Shown: positions 50,455 to 61,031, numbered from the stretch's first letter. The stretch: 64,000 nucleotides of DNA from a bacterium (GCA_049472335.1 JBLIRO010000008.1:18085-82084), one strand, 5' to 3'. Program-made: numbers and translations. The notes: generated by a model from the letters alone, not told the origin.

Positions 50455-52076
50455 TCCATCCTCGTTTGTTTTTTTAATGGAATTTTAAAAACGAATTCCG
50501 CGCCGCCCAATTTACTTTTAAATATATTCAAGGACCCTCCGTGGTCAGTAATTATTCTATGGCAAATGCTGAGCCCTATCCCTGTGCTGCCATGTTTTGT
50601 GCTAAAAAATGGATCAAATAAAATATTTCTCAGATTTGGAGGCACACCCGGACCTGAATCCGAAACGCTCACGATAATATGGTTTTCATCTATTGAACCG
50701 TCTATCTCTATTACCTTGTCTCCATGTATATTTAACATTGCTTCAGCGGCATTGATAATAAGATTTAAAACCACCTCTGTAATCAGATTCTGATCAATAT
50801 AACATAAGGGCAGATCCCCGGCCAGGGATTTTTCGATCTTGATCCCATTTTTTTTTAAAGTGGGCAATGAAAGAATGACGGCCTCTTCAATTGCCTTATT
50901 GATATCTGTCAAAATAAATTTGGGTTCATTGGATTTGGAAAAATTCATGATCCTTTTGATGGCAGATTCGATCTTGCTTGAAGCTGACTGTAGATGCCTC
51001 AGAATCTCTTTGATCTGTTCCAGGTTGTCCCCCCTGTCAAAAATCTTTTCCAGTGTGCTCAAATATATATTGATTCCCGAAAGGGGGTTTCTTATTTCAT
51101 GGGCAATTTCCATGGCCAGTCTTCCCAGGGAGGTCATCTTATCTTGAATTGTCAAAAGACGTTCCAGTTCCTTAGCCCGGGTAATATCCATCATGTTGAA
51201 CAATATCGCATCCTTGTTATTGTATTTTATCCGGCTTGCCTTACAGTAAACCCATTTCATATCCAGTCTGCTATCCATTTTGCCTTCAGGATAAAACCTG
51301 AAATCCAGGGACAGGGTGGGAACCTCCTTTGAAATGATGCTCTCATAATTTTTTCTGACCTTTTCAACATCATCCGGATGGATGTTTTTAAAGTCCGTGA
51401 AAATAAACGATTTCGGGAAAGGACTAAATAACCGTTCCTGCTCGGGATTTTTATATATGATTTGGTTGTCCTGGATGATGAGAATACCGGTAAATGAATT
51501 TTCCACTAAATTCCTGAATCTCTTTTCGCTTTCAAACAAGGCTTCCTTGACCCGCTTTTGATTTTCTTCCAGCTCTATATTGTGGAGCACGAATGCTATA
51601 TCCGCGGCAATCTCTTTTAACAGGCCGTGCTCCTTCTCTTCTTGAATAAATTCTGTGGACATGGATATAGATAATATACCAAAGACCTTTTTTTCGTATT
51701 CCAGCCTTACGGTCATTGCCCCCCTGTCATTCTGATTTATGAATAATGGACAGTCATTACATACTGGCAGTGGAACTTCGGTTATAAAAATTTTGGAATC
51801 AATCAATGTCTTTCGAACACAATAGGGTAACTTTCCATTTCTAAGCTGTTCGATTATCGGAGGAAATTCTTCGCCGAATCCTGCTTGAGCAATCGGAATC
51901 AATCTTCCCGACTCGTTTAATAGGGCGATCCAGGCTGTATAGCAATATCTATGATTATTGATGAGAATGTCGCAGATACCCTGTAGCAGTTTCTTACGAT
52001 CCTTTTCTCTAAAAAGATATTTGTGAATATCCTTTACAATGCCTAGCAAAAGGTTAAGCCGTTCAATATTTTTCAT
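50451..52076 (-). CDS. Cytoplasmic GAF-PAS histidine kinase
   Basis: PAS 'RFRNLVEN..IHPDD'; 'AHEIRNPL','NAAEAM','DSGPG','GTGIGL'; 4-nt overlap with the regulator. Confidence 0.92.
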   Translation of the reverse strand: MKNIERLNLLLGIVKDIHKYLFREKDRKKLLQGICDILINNHRYCYTAWIALLNESGRLIPIAQAGFGEEFPPIIEQLRNGKLPYCVRKTLIDSKIFITEVPLPVCNDCPLFINQNDRGAMTVRLEYEKKVFGILSISMSTEFIQEEKEHGLLKEIAADIAFVLHNIELEENQKRVKEALFESEKRFRNLVENSFTGILIIQDNQIIYKNPEQERLFSPFPKSFIFTDFKNIHPDDVEKVRKNYESIISKEVPTLSLDFRFYPEGKMDSRLDMKWVYCKASRIKYNNKDAILFNMMDITRAKELERLLTIQDKMTSLGRLAMEIAHEIRNPLSGINIYLSTLEKIFDRGDNLEQIKEILRHLQSASSKIESAIKRIMNFSKSNEPKFILTDINKAIEEAVILSLPTLKKNGIKIEKSLAGDLPLCYIDQNLITEVVLNLIINAAEAMLNIHGDKVIEIDGSIDENHIIVSVSDSGPGVPPNLRNILFDPFFSTKHGSTGIGLSICHRIITDHGGSLNIFKSKLGGAEFVFKIPLKKQTRME

Positions 52077-52200
52077 TTTTATGGTCGTTTTTTATGTTAA
52101 TTTTCGGCATTTAGATTATAGTGCTGTAGTCTCATCCCCGACATTCCTTAAAATATAATAGTCATAAAATATGCATTAAAAGTTATGCTTGATTTAAAAC

Positions 52201-52216
52201 TGCAATAAAAATGCCA
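52201..52216 (-). promoter_or_regulatory. sigma54 promoter
   Basis: TGGCATTTTTATTGCA upstream of kinase gene 52076. Confidence 0.7.
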
Positions 52217-52340
52217 GAAAAATTGCAGCTATTAAAAACTGTGCGGTTTTCGAGTGGCTGATAAAAATAGCAAAAAAATTGTTAGGTCGATTTATTTAGA
52301 GCTGAAAAGTTTATAATAGGCAGGATTTTAAATGAATGCA

Positions 52341-52378
52341 ATAAAAAAGGCGCAGGGATTAGTCCTGCGCCTTTTTAT
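52341..52378 (-). terminator. Rho-independent terminator (symmetric, bidirectional type)
   Basis: AAAAAAGGCGCAGG-GATTAGT-CCTGCGCCTTTTT just after stop of gene 52838-52395. Confidence 0.9.
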
Positions 52379-52394
52379 CACATAAAATCGAATT

Positions 52395-52838
52395 CTAAGT
52401 AATCGATACTACACCAACCGGCGTGGGGAACGTCACAAATTGAGTTGTTGGAGTGGAAACATTAACAATTGGCGCAGGAGTAGGTGTAGGATTAAACAGA
52501 TTCGGGAATAGCTGATTATACAGCCCTGCTATTCCTAATAATGGCGCAATTTGCAGGAATGGGATCTGATATGTCAGGCCGCCAGTCGTTTGAACAGGAT
52601 AATATAGATTCGCATAGCTGAAGGGGCTATACAATCCGCCAAACATACCGTACAGGCCTCCGTACATACCATATAAACCACCATACAGGCCGCCATAAAG
52701 GCCTCCATACATACCATAAAGGCCACCATACAATCCGCCATAAAGACCAAAATAGGCATTGGCTTGATTAACAAAACATAAGCTTAACGCGATCAAAAGG
52801 GCAAAAAATAGAAAAGCATAAATTCCTTTATTCTTCAT
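52395..52838 (-). CDS. Small secreted Gly/Tyr-repeat (YGGL/YGM) protein
   Basis: Signal peptide ending ANA-Y; 'YFGLYGGLYGGLYGMYGGLYGGLYGGLYGMYGGLYGMFGGLY'; own promoter and terminator. Confidence 0.85.
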   Translation of the reverse strand: MKNKGIYAFLFFALLIALSLCFVNQANAYFGLYGGLYGGLYGMYGGLYGGLYGGLYGMYGGLYGMFGGLYSPFSYANLYYPVQTTGGLTYQIPFLQIAPLLGIAGLYNQLFPNLFNPTPTPAPIVNVSTPTTQFVTFPTPVGVVSIT

Positions 52839-53079
52839 CTTCCTAACCCCCTTATTACCTCATGATCTATATTTTTCAAGAGGATTAAATTAATAATACG
52901 AATTTATCAAGGCTAATAAGACAGAAAAATAAATTTAGAATAAGGTTCCTTTCTCTCACCTCCCCTTTAAGTTTAGTGCTGACTCATGGCCTATCATCCG
53001 GTATTTAAGAGTAAATCATCATGTTAGATAAAAATAGGCCATTTTTTAAAAAATATCCCTTCGTCTGTAAATTATTAAT

Positions 53080-53095
53080 AGCATGTAATATGCCA
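53080..53095 (-). promoter_or_regulatory. sigma54 promoter
   Basis: TGGCATATTACATGCT, 15/16 identical to 48807-48822. Confidence 0.7.
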
Positions 53096-53446
53096 AAAAT
53101 CATGGTCACATCAATTATTAATAAATTCAGTTAGTTATTATTGTTGACATATTCTTGCTATTCTATGATTTCACAAAATATAGAAAAATTGCGAAATATT
53201 TTTTAGGAAAAATTCAAAAAAATTTTTACAAAATTAAAAATGGCAAATCAGTTATTATTAAATTTGGGATCTTCAACTGTCAGTTTATTGCCGATAAAAA
53301 AAGAAGAAATATGGTTTAATTTTAAATGGATAATTGAAAGACGAGGTGGATATGAACCTAAATTATTAGAATGAGACTGAAATCTTTTTAGTGGATGTGC
53401 TTCTTGTTTAAGGGCTTTGTGAAATCCGGCAAAGGGGATGATTTAA

Positions 53447-54316
53447 ATGAAAAAATGTTCTAAATGTGGCTATATCCGTCAAACTAATAATGACAGTTAT
53501 GTTTCTCCCTTGGAATGTCCAAAATGCGGCATAGTATATAAAAAATATGAGGATTATCTCGATCGAAAAAGGAAAGCGGAAGAAGCTGAAAGAATCGCTC
53601 AAGAACAAGCTGAGAGGATAGCTCAAGAGCAAATTGAAGCTGAGATAGAACAGGAGATTCTGAAGGGCTTCGAAAATAAATCCGATGCCAAAGATTCTAT
53701 TAAAACCCTTTTAATTGAAAGTATTTTAAAACTTTCTCAACGAAGTAACACATTACACAGAGTATTTTCCTATATTAACAAAGTATTTTCCTATATTAAG
53801 GATTCTAAACCTATACAATGGTTCATCAAATATAAAAACATTATTGCATCATTATTATTTTTCCTGGGCATTCTGGGATATGGTCTCTGGTTTTATTTGC
53901 TAATTACTATTAATGTAACTCCATATGAGAATTGGAGTTTTTTTTCAGGTATTAATCCGCAAAATCCCAGGGAAGCTCTAAGCATATTATTCTTTGGAAC
54001 CTTTGCCTGCATTTTTATAGTTATATTAGGATTCTTTGTAATTAAATTTGTTTACAACTTGATCCAAATGGGGATAGAGGGATTTTTCCCAAATGAATGG
54101 AATCCTCTTATAAGATCTATAATCCTTCTATTATTACTCTATTGTGCATTATTATCCGTTGAAAAAATTAAAAAAATTGGATTGACTACCTATTATCAGG
54201 TTGGTGAAGTTGTAAAAATTGCCGGGAAACATAAAGTGATCGTGAATGTTGATGTTCCTGTCTCCCCTGAATTGGATGAAGATTATTTTGTAAAAGTAAA
54301 TGAGTCAAAAATTTGA
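53447..54316 (+). CDS. Zinc-ribbon membrane protein
   Basis: 'CSKC..ECPKCG', coiled coil, three hydrophobic helices. Confidence 0.8.
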   Translation: MKKCSKCGYIRQTNNDSYVSPLECPKCGIVYKKYEDYLDRKRKAEEAERIAQEQAERIAQEQIEAEIEQEILKGFENKSDAKDSIKTLLIESILKLSQRSNTLHRVFSYINKVFSYIKDSKPIQWFIKYKNIIASLLFFLGILGYGLWFYLLITINVTPYENWSFFSGINPQNPREALSILFFGTFACIFIVILGFFVIKFVYNLIQMGIEGFFPNEWNPLIRSIILLLLLYCALLSVEKIKKIGLTTYYQVGEVVKIAGKHKVIVNVDVPVSPELDEDYFVKVNESKI

Positions 54317-54706
54317 TCTGAATAAAAAAAAAGAAAAAATATGTGCTTTCTTAAGGCCTTTTGAATATTGTCCATATAAATAAGATAAAAACCTGGCTTT
54401 GTGGATGAAATGATAACATGTAAATCCTCCAGGTTTGTAAAAAAATTGCAAAGAATATTATAGTCACTCGACTTCATTATATAAATAAAGATTCTATTTG
54501 ATATCCATCATAAGTGGTTGTTTTAATGAATTTTTCCCCCTCTATGGTCTAATTGGGCTTTTTGTCCTTGTGCTTTTGATATAGAAAAAACTTGAAAAAT
54601 TATTGTTAAAAAATTTTGTTTTGCTTGTCTATTATAGGCAAGATTATTCAATAGATTTTAATCCAAATCCTGCATTTAAATTGTCACTTAAAAAAGGGGG
54701 GATTTT

Positions 54707-56584
54707 ATGAAAAATTATGAATATCTGATTAAATACAAAATAGGTGTTTTTATGTCTATAATATTACTCTTACTTGGAAGACATGCATATGCTATTGCTA
54801 TGGCAGGTAAAGAGGGCATTTTGGCAGGAGGTAATATCGGGGGAATGCTCGATCCTGTTGTGGCCAACATTATTATAAGTGGTAACATGCCAGCAAACAA
54901 TACATTAGGAGGACCTTTGATAGCTCCTCCGGGATTAGTAGCCTTGCCCTTAATGAATGGTCCTGCGGCTTCAGTAACAGGCGCAGATTTGATAGGCGGA
55001 ATGTATAATATTATTCCAGGAATCACAGGTGGACAGGTAATGCCGCCTGTTATATCTCCTGTCATGGGGCAAAGCGCGTTATCATTATATGGGGGGATGC
55101 CATTAATTGCCAATATGTTGGTCTCAGGAATCATATGCCCTTCATCAATAAATCCTTTAATGATGGGGCCTGATCCGACTAATCCCTTGATCATATGGCC
55201 GGGTCCGATGTGTCCTTTTTCAATGGTGTCAGATCTAATGCACCCCTTTATTATGTTTCCTTGTCCGGTCTCTCCGTTTATGCTAAGCCCTTGTCCCATG
55301 AATAGTATGATAAATATGTCTCCTTGTCCGATCTGTCTGTTTATGCCAGGCCCTACTCCCATGAATAATATGATAATACCAGGTCTAATGAGCTACTTTG
55401 GAATAAATCCTTATAATATAGCCGCATTAATTGAATACCTTTCAGGAATTCGCATTAATGATGATCCCGAAGAAAATAAACCAGATCATATTGAGGAACC
55501 TGGGGAAACAGAGACGGAAGATTGCAGATCCAGAACAATTTATAAAGATGTTAAAAAAGGTAATATCACTTTTCTTGAGGTGTCTGATGGTTGTACAGGG
55601 ATGATATACCATGGATATCCCTCAGGGATATGGCTGCCGGCTGCCTTGGGTGCATCTTCACAGCCCATAACGGATTATAGCTGGTGGTACGGATGTTCAG
55701 CTACATGCGCAGGTATGATGATGGCATACTATGACAGGTATCCATATTATGTGGACGGGAATATCTATGATCTGATACCCGGAGGTGTTGCAGAGTATGA
55801 GAGCTTTTTAAATCCTGATCCGTGGTATCTGGCTGATGTGTTCAGTAATGAATTAGTAAAATTATGTAACAATGCGATTGCGTCCAAAAAACACGCACTC
55901 GATTTTTGGGCTAATCCCACAAACCCGTCGGCATCCTTTCAATCAACCGGAGATCCTTTGGCGTCAATACGAAACGGAAACCCCGCAGGATTTGATTGCC
56001 TGGCTGACTTTATGGGTACCAGCCAGGATAATCTTTCAGGTTCGAGAGGGAATCCGGATGGCATAACCTGGTTCTGGTTTCCATCGGATGGATCAATATT
56101 GAGCTCAGATCCCGTTAGCTGGCCAAGTTGGTATGATTACAATTATTCAGGGATGTATGGCCTTGTTGAATGGGCACGTTATTGTCAGACTATTTCGGGA
56201 CAAAGCATGAACGCCTATGCTTACAACCAGTATATAGAAGGGTATACGCCTCCTAATGGTCCGGCGCCTGGAACTGGCTTTAGTTTTTACGATTATCAAA
56301 ATGAAATAGATAAAGGCAGACCTGTCATGTTTCTTCTCGTGGATTGGACACGTAATGCCGGACATTCGGTTTTAGGTGTCGGATACGGTTACAATTCAGA
56401 TACAGGGCAGGGAGAGGTCTATATCCATGATACATGGACTATGAACAATCCCGCGGATCCAAAAAAGATTCCCTGGATAAATAGCGCATTTTCATATTCA
56501 GTGACTATCTCCGGAACATTATATACATTTAGCTTTGAATTAATGGGAGTTACCATATTTCATCCAAATAAACCGTTAATATAA
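54707..56584 (+). CDS. Secreted protein with Met/Pro/Cys-rich low-complexity region and C-terminal papain-fold (C39/C10-like) peptidase domain
   Basis: 'WYGCSATCAGMMMAYYD','EIDKGRPV','GHSVLGVGY','IHDTW'. Confidence 0.78.
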   Translation: MKNYEYLIKYKIGVFMSIILLLLGRHAYAIAMAGKEGILAGGNIGGMLDPVVANIIISGNMPANNTLGGPLIAPPGLVALPLMNGPAASVTGADLIGGMYNIIPGITGGQVMPPVISPVMGQSALSLYGGMPLIANMLVSGIICPSSINPLMMGPDPTNPLIIWPGPMCPFSMVSDLMHPFIMFPCPVSPFMLSPCPMNSMINMSPCPICLFMPGPTPMNNMIIPGLMSYFGINPYNIAALIEYLSGIRINDDPEENKPDHIEEPGETETEDCRSRTIYKDVKKGNITFLEVSDGCTGMIYHGYPSGIWLPAALGASSQPITDYSWWYGCSATCAGMMMAYYDRYPYYVDGNIYDLIPGGVAEYESFLNPDPWYLADVFSNELVKLCNNAIASKKHALDFWANPTNPSASFQSTGDPLASIRNGNPAGFDCLADFMGTSQDNLSGSRGNPDGITWFWFPSDGSILSSDPVSWPSWYDYNYSGMYGLVEWARYCQTISGQSMNAYAYNQYIEGYTPPNGPAPGTGFSFYDYQNEIDKGRPVMFLLVDWTRNAGHSVLGVGYGYNSDTGQGEVYIHDTWTMNNPADPKKIPWINSAFSYSVTISGTLYTFSFELMGVTIFHPNKPLI

Positions 56585-56804
56585 AAACTCCCGATCCTGT
56601 AAATTTCTGTGGACTTATATAAAAAGGTTTTGAGCATATTTTCAGATATGACTCGTTTTTGTAATACGGTGAGATAAGCTTGAAATCCTTGTCCATGTCC
56701 TAATCCTATCAATTTTGATATAATGATAGAAATTAAGTGTGATACGCAAATTGCCACAATAGCAAATAATTTATTAAAAAGGAATTGTCAGGGAGGAAAT
56801 CAAC

Positions 56805-57182
56805 ATGGACATGAAAAAATATTTTGAAAACACCCAGGGGATAGGCATTCTAGCAACTGCGGATTCGGACGGAAAAGTAGATCTCGCTGTTTTTGCGAAA
56901 CCCCATATCATGGATGAGAACACATTCGCATTCATTATGCCGGACCGGCTTACCCATCATAACCTGCAGTCCAATTCTTCCGCCGCTTATCTCTTCCTTG
57001 AATCCGGTAAAAATTATTCAGGGAAACGTTTTTTTCTTGATAAAATAAAAGAAGAAAAGGATACGGAATTACTCTATTCGATCAGAAGAAAAAATTATGG
57101 TGACGACAGGGAAGAAAGATATCTTGTTTTTTTTGATGTAAAAAAGGTACTGCCGCTTATTGGAAGCGAAAAAGAGAAATAG
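56805..57182 (+). CDS. Pyridoxamine 5'-phosphate oxidase-like FMN-binding protein
   Basis: 'GILATADSDGKVD..THHNLQSN'; GGAGG RBS. Confidence 0.85.
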   Translation: MDMKKYFENTQGIGILATADSDGKVDLAVFAKPHIMDENTFAFIMPDRLTHHNLQSNSSAAYLFLESGKNYSGKRFFLDKIKEEKDTELLYSIRRKNYGDDREERYLVFFDVKKVLPLIGSEKEK

Positions 57183-57198
57183 AATTTACCAAAATATA

Positions 57199-58902
57199 TT
57201 AATTTGATCTTATGACCCTTACAAACCTTACCGTCAAGTCTCCACCGGTTTCGACCCTGAGCAAAAAATCAGCCTCTTGGTCTAATTGACCACATTTAGG
57301 AGGCTGGGAAAGCGCAAAGGTGGCAGTTCGCCATTGTCCATCGGCCTGCCCGGTAACTATATCCGATTTAAGCAATATCCCGTCCTGGTCGGTTGTTTCC
57401 AGGAGCCAGTTGGAGTCTGTGTCGTCCAGATAAGTGATCTTGATTTGAACGGGACCTGAAAGAGAATCAGCAAATGCTCCATCCATAAAGAAGGCCAGTC
57501 TGTCTTGTCCTGCAGTTACACGGGTCGATCGGGCAGTCAAGTCATAGTCAATATCAGAGGGCTCTAAAGAGGGGCAGATCGGGCGTAACACCGGTATCCT
57601 TGGAAAACTCTCCCCATGAACAACGTCCCTTTGGAACAGCAGATGCTCAAAATTTTTCCAGGTAAAAACCTCCTCGTTTCTCAGGATATAGTCTTCCCTG
57701 AGCCAACAGATTGCCTCCGGGCTCTCCTCTGGCCTCCATCCCGCTACCAGAGTATACCAGTGGGTTACTTCAGGTGCATATAGATCCGTGCCATTGGTTA
57801 CCCAGAGAAATCTCATCCCCAACTGCACTGCCCTGAAGATGGTTGCTGTCCAGATAAGGGAAAGGCTCTCCTCAGGCACAATGTTCCACCAGTCCAAGGC
57901 CTCGATTTCATCTCCAAAATATCGTTTTTCAGCAGTTATGGGCCAGTTATGATTCATAAGCAAATGACCATCGGAGTCAAAGGACTGCCCTGTATCAGGC
58001 CATGTATAACCATGATAATTCTCGAGTCCGCCACTCCGGCAGCCCATCCCCAGTGAAATGGCCAATGCGTTCAGGTATCGACCTCCTAACTGATAGTTTT
58101 CGCCGGGGATGCCGGGTTGAGCCCTGACCCATGCCAGTTTGTGAACATTGATTTTTGCTGCTTCAGCCCAGGCATATAGCCGTGAGCTAAAAGTTATTAT
58201 AAATCTTTCTGATGTCATGCCCGCCTCTTCTGCCGCTGCCTTGGCCTTCTCGTCAAGCCACATCTCTTCTCCATAGGATGTGGAAATACCGTGGATATAC
58301 ACACCTAACAGGGCTGAATGCGATAAAATATCCGTCTTGCCTATAGCTTCTATGAAGGCCAAATAATGGTTCTGAAGGCAGGGGTCCCAGGGCGCAGCAA
58401 CCTCGATATTGTCAGCTGTCATGAACCTCGGAGGTGAACATTCGTAGAGCACCCACTCCGGGACAAACGGAAGAGGGTCATCCCAGGGTGAATCCCTCCA
58501 GGTAACACTTCCCTTTATCATCAAAATCACCCCATAATGATTGAGGTAAGCGTCATCGAGCAATACCTTCACTTGAGAAAAGTCAAACACGCCCGGGGCC
58601 GGATTGAGATCGGCCCAGTAAAATGACTTGCCCACATGACGAATATCAGGATTTTCAGACTTAACACCCTTCCATACAATAAACATTCCGGAATAGGGGT
58701 TAGGATAACGTTCTTCAGGCAGGCTCCAATCATCCCCCTCTTTAATGGAAGGGCCATAAATCTTAAGCCCCATAGCCGCACTTTCGTTTTTATGATCCTC
58801 AGTGTCTTCATGAACACAGGCATGGAAACAGAATATGGAACATGCCGCCCACCCCGCAAAAAGCAGAATTGAAATTGTTTGCCTGATACGGGGTAAATAC
58901 AT
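57199..58902 (-). CDS. Exported glycoside hydrolase, GH42/beta-galactosidase-like TIM barrel
   Basis: 'WADLNPAPGVFDFSQV','VPEWV','APWDP','YGEEM'. Confidence 0.65.
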   Translation of the reverse strand: MYLPRIRQTISILLFAGWAACSIFCFHACVHEDTEDHKNESAAMGLKIYGPSIKEGDDWSLPEERYPNPYSGMFIVWKGVKSENPDIRHVGKSFYWADLNPAPGVFDFSQVKVLLDDAYLNHYGVILMIKGSVTWRDSPWDDPLPFVPEWVLYECSPPRFMTADNIEVAAPWDPCLQNHYLAFIEAIGKTDILSHSALLGVYIHGISTSYGEEMWLDEKAKAAAEEAGMTSERFIITFSSRLYAWAEAAKINVHKLAWVRAQPGIPGENYQLGGRYLNALAISLGMGCRSGGLENYHGYTWPDTGQSFDSDGHLLMNHNWPITAEKRYFGDEIEALDWWNIVPEESLSLIWTATIFRAVQLGMRFLWVTNGTDLYAPEVTHWYTLVAGWRPEESPEAICWLREDYILRNEEVFTWKNFEHLLFQRDVVHGESFPRIPVLRPICPSLEPSDIDYDLTARSTRVTAGQDRLAFFMDGAFADSLSGPVQIKITYLDDTDSNWLLETTDQDGILLKSDIVTGQADGQWRTATFALSQPPKCGQLDQEADFLLRVETGGDLTVRFVRVIRSN

Positions 58903-59140
58903 CTTAATCCTCCTGTTAATTTAAATATATAACGATGTTATTAACAGACTCAAAAGAAAAACATATTCTTATATTAATCTCGACCTTTCCGTCTTTCTTG
59001 CCCTAATTTTACCTTTTGGAACACTATCATGGTCAAATATTTATTCATCGGGTTTGACAAACAATCGGATTATGGATAGTATTTTTTTACTATATTAAAG
59101 AGGGATTTTTAATTATTAAATCAATAAGGAGGGAAGCAGA

Positions 59141-59341
59141 ATGAGCACGCAAGGTGGCTGGAAATTCTGGGCATTAGGCCCTGGCGCATCGGTCCTGGGA
59201 GTTCTTATGATCGTTGGGTCCATATTGCTCAAGGTGTTCAAGGTGCCCGGCTCGGGCTTTGGTTTGATGCTGTTTTTTGGTATAGTATTGTTAATCGGCG
59301 GCATTACGGGAGGAGTCTGGATCCGCAGGAGCAATAATTAA
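59141..59341 (+). CDS. Small two-TM membrane protein
   Basis: AAGGAGG RBS; two hydrophobic helices; basic tail. Confidence 0.7.
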   Translation: MSTQGGWKFWALGPGASVLGVLMIVGSILLKVFKVPGSGFGLMLFFGIVLLIGGITGGVWIRRSNN

Positions 59342-59372
59342 TCGACTCAGGAAAGATGATCCAATTAACATC

Positions 59373-61022
59373 CTAAAGGATAATGATCCATCCTGAAGCG
59401 TTCTTTCCTGAAATATAGATTTCTGCTAATTTACAGCCGTATTCTCCTAACAATTTTCGGCAGATACCTAATGACATCAGACGATGATATAAACTTCCTT
59501 TTTTATACTTGAAACGAAATTTAATATCTCTGTCTGATCTTAAGGCTTCATCCATTATATTATAACGTAGATAATCATAAGGGAAAAAACCGCTTTGTCC
59601 CTCGGAAATATTGTATACCAGACCGTTAATGACTACATATTCTTTTTCTCTTAATTTTCCGGGATTACATTGCAACTGAGTGGATTGTTTAAACTCGATT
59701 AATGAATCAGAACCGGAGAATTCCCGATAGAAAGAAATCGCTTGCAAGGTTCTATTATCCGAGACTACTATAACCGAAGACTCGTTTTTAAAAAAAGAAG
59801 CGGCGGCCTCGGCATTACGTGCTAAAATAGATGTAAAACTTATATTTAAATTGAAATATCCTATTAGAATAGAGGTTATGAAAAGCCATATTACAGAGAT
59901 AGCGAAAAAAACCTGTAAGACTATGCGTCCCATATAAGCCCTTTCTTTAATCCATTTCCAAAGATCCGTCAGAAATTTCGAGCCCAATATCAGTAAAGGC
60001 AGGCATCCGGGATATATAAGTCTCAATGCAACAGGTAAAACAACATATTTATCCAATCTGACACTCATAAAATTATAGAATCCGAAAATTGCACCTGCCC
60101 AGATAAGTAAAAATAAATATCCCTTATTCCTGACTTTAAAAATTGCGTATATTCCGGCAACTATAAGAAGAAGACCGAAAAAGCCAAGGCCTCCGTTAGG
60201 AAAAATAAAAAGCCGCGGATATGCCTTGAATAAACGGTATAATAGATGTTGGTTCGATGAGTGAAGCATCGGATCGTTGATGTAACCCATACCTAATCCG
60301 GTAAATCTATAAAAAGGATTTCCATAGACAATATTGAAAAAGGCCATTTCCATGAAAAATATAACCAGGAAACCTGTTACAAATGACCAATCCTTTCGGG
60401 AGGCCTTTCGAGATATGAAATTATATATAAGAAAGGTTGGAATAATTATTGCGCCTACTTCGGTTGTCAGGTAGGCAAGTCCAGCGAGAAGACCTGATGC
60501 CAGCTTTTTATCGTTAAAAAAGCTCCGTGAATTAGGCACAGGATGCAGAAAAAGGAGTGCTGCCGCGCATAATTCAGCTCCGAGCATGGGTTCGGGAATG
60601 AAAATATTACCATACCTTAGTGTCAAAGGAAAAATGGCATATAAAAAACCGGCTACAAGTCCCACATAAGTATCAAAAAGCTTTTTACCTAATAGAAAAA
60701 GCAGAACAGAGGTGATAACCGTGCTGAGAACCGGAATTAAGCATAAGGAAAGATTGTTGATGCCAAATAACCAGAAAACAAAGGCCAAAGGTAAGTATGT
60801 TGCAATACGTCCTACCTGATGAGATGTGTTTTGGATGACAAGATCATATTTCAACACATGATACGCGTTCAATGAGTAGGCCAAATCGTCGGTGGCCTGC
60901 ATCCCTTGCCAGAATGTAATACATATGATAAGCGTCAACAAAGCAACCAGGATACAACATAGAAAAGTGTTATCCAAATATTGCTTTTGTCTGTGAATAA
61001 AGCTTTTAATATGAATATTCAT
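59373..61022 (-). CDS. GT-C fold (ArnT/PMT, family 39-like) glycosyltransferase
   Basis: 'TDDLAY' after first TM; many TM helices; 'EP' motif. Confidence 0.8.
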   Translation of the reverse strand: MNIHIKSFIHRQKQYLDNTFLCCILVALLTLIICITFWQGMQATDDLAYSLNAYHVLKYDLVIQNTSHQVGRIATYLPLAFVFWLFGINNLSLCLIPVLSTVITSVLLFLLGKKLFDTYVGLVAGFLYAIFPLTLRYGNIFIPEPMLGAELCAAALLFLHPVPNSRSFFNDKKLASGLLAGLAYLTTEVGAIIIPTFLIYNFISRKASRKDWSFVTGFLVIFFMEMAFFNIVYGNPFYRFTGLGMGYINDPMLHSSNQHLLYRLFKAYPRLFIFPNGGLGFFGLLLIVAGIYAIFKVRNKGYLFLLIWAGAIFGFYNFMSVRLDKYVVLPVALRLIYPGCLPLLILGSKFLTDLWKWIKERAYMGRIVLQVFFAISVIWLFITSILIGYFNLNISFTSILARNAEAAASFFKNESSVIVVSDNRTLQAISFYREFSGSDSLIEFKQSTQLQCNPGKLREKEYVVINGLVYNISEGQSGFFPYDYLRYNIMDEALRSDRDIKFRFKYKKGSLYHRLMSLGICRKLLGEYGCKLAEIYISGKNASGWIIIL

Positions 61023-61031
61023 AAAAAAGAC

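Noticed and set aside
53761..53799. 18-bp direct repeat with 21-bp period
   Set aside because: Simple in-frame duplication (VFSYI twice), not an att site or regulatory array.
54715..55362. 215-aa minus-strand Gly/Ile-rich ORF
   Set aside because: Mirror of the Pro/Met-rich sense strand.
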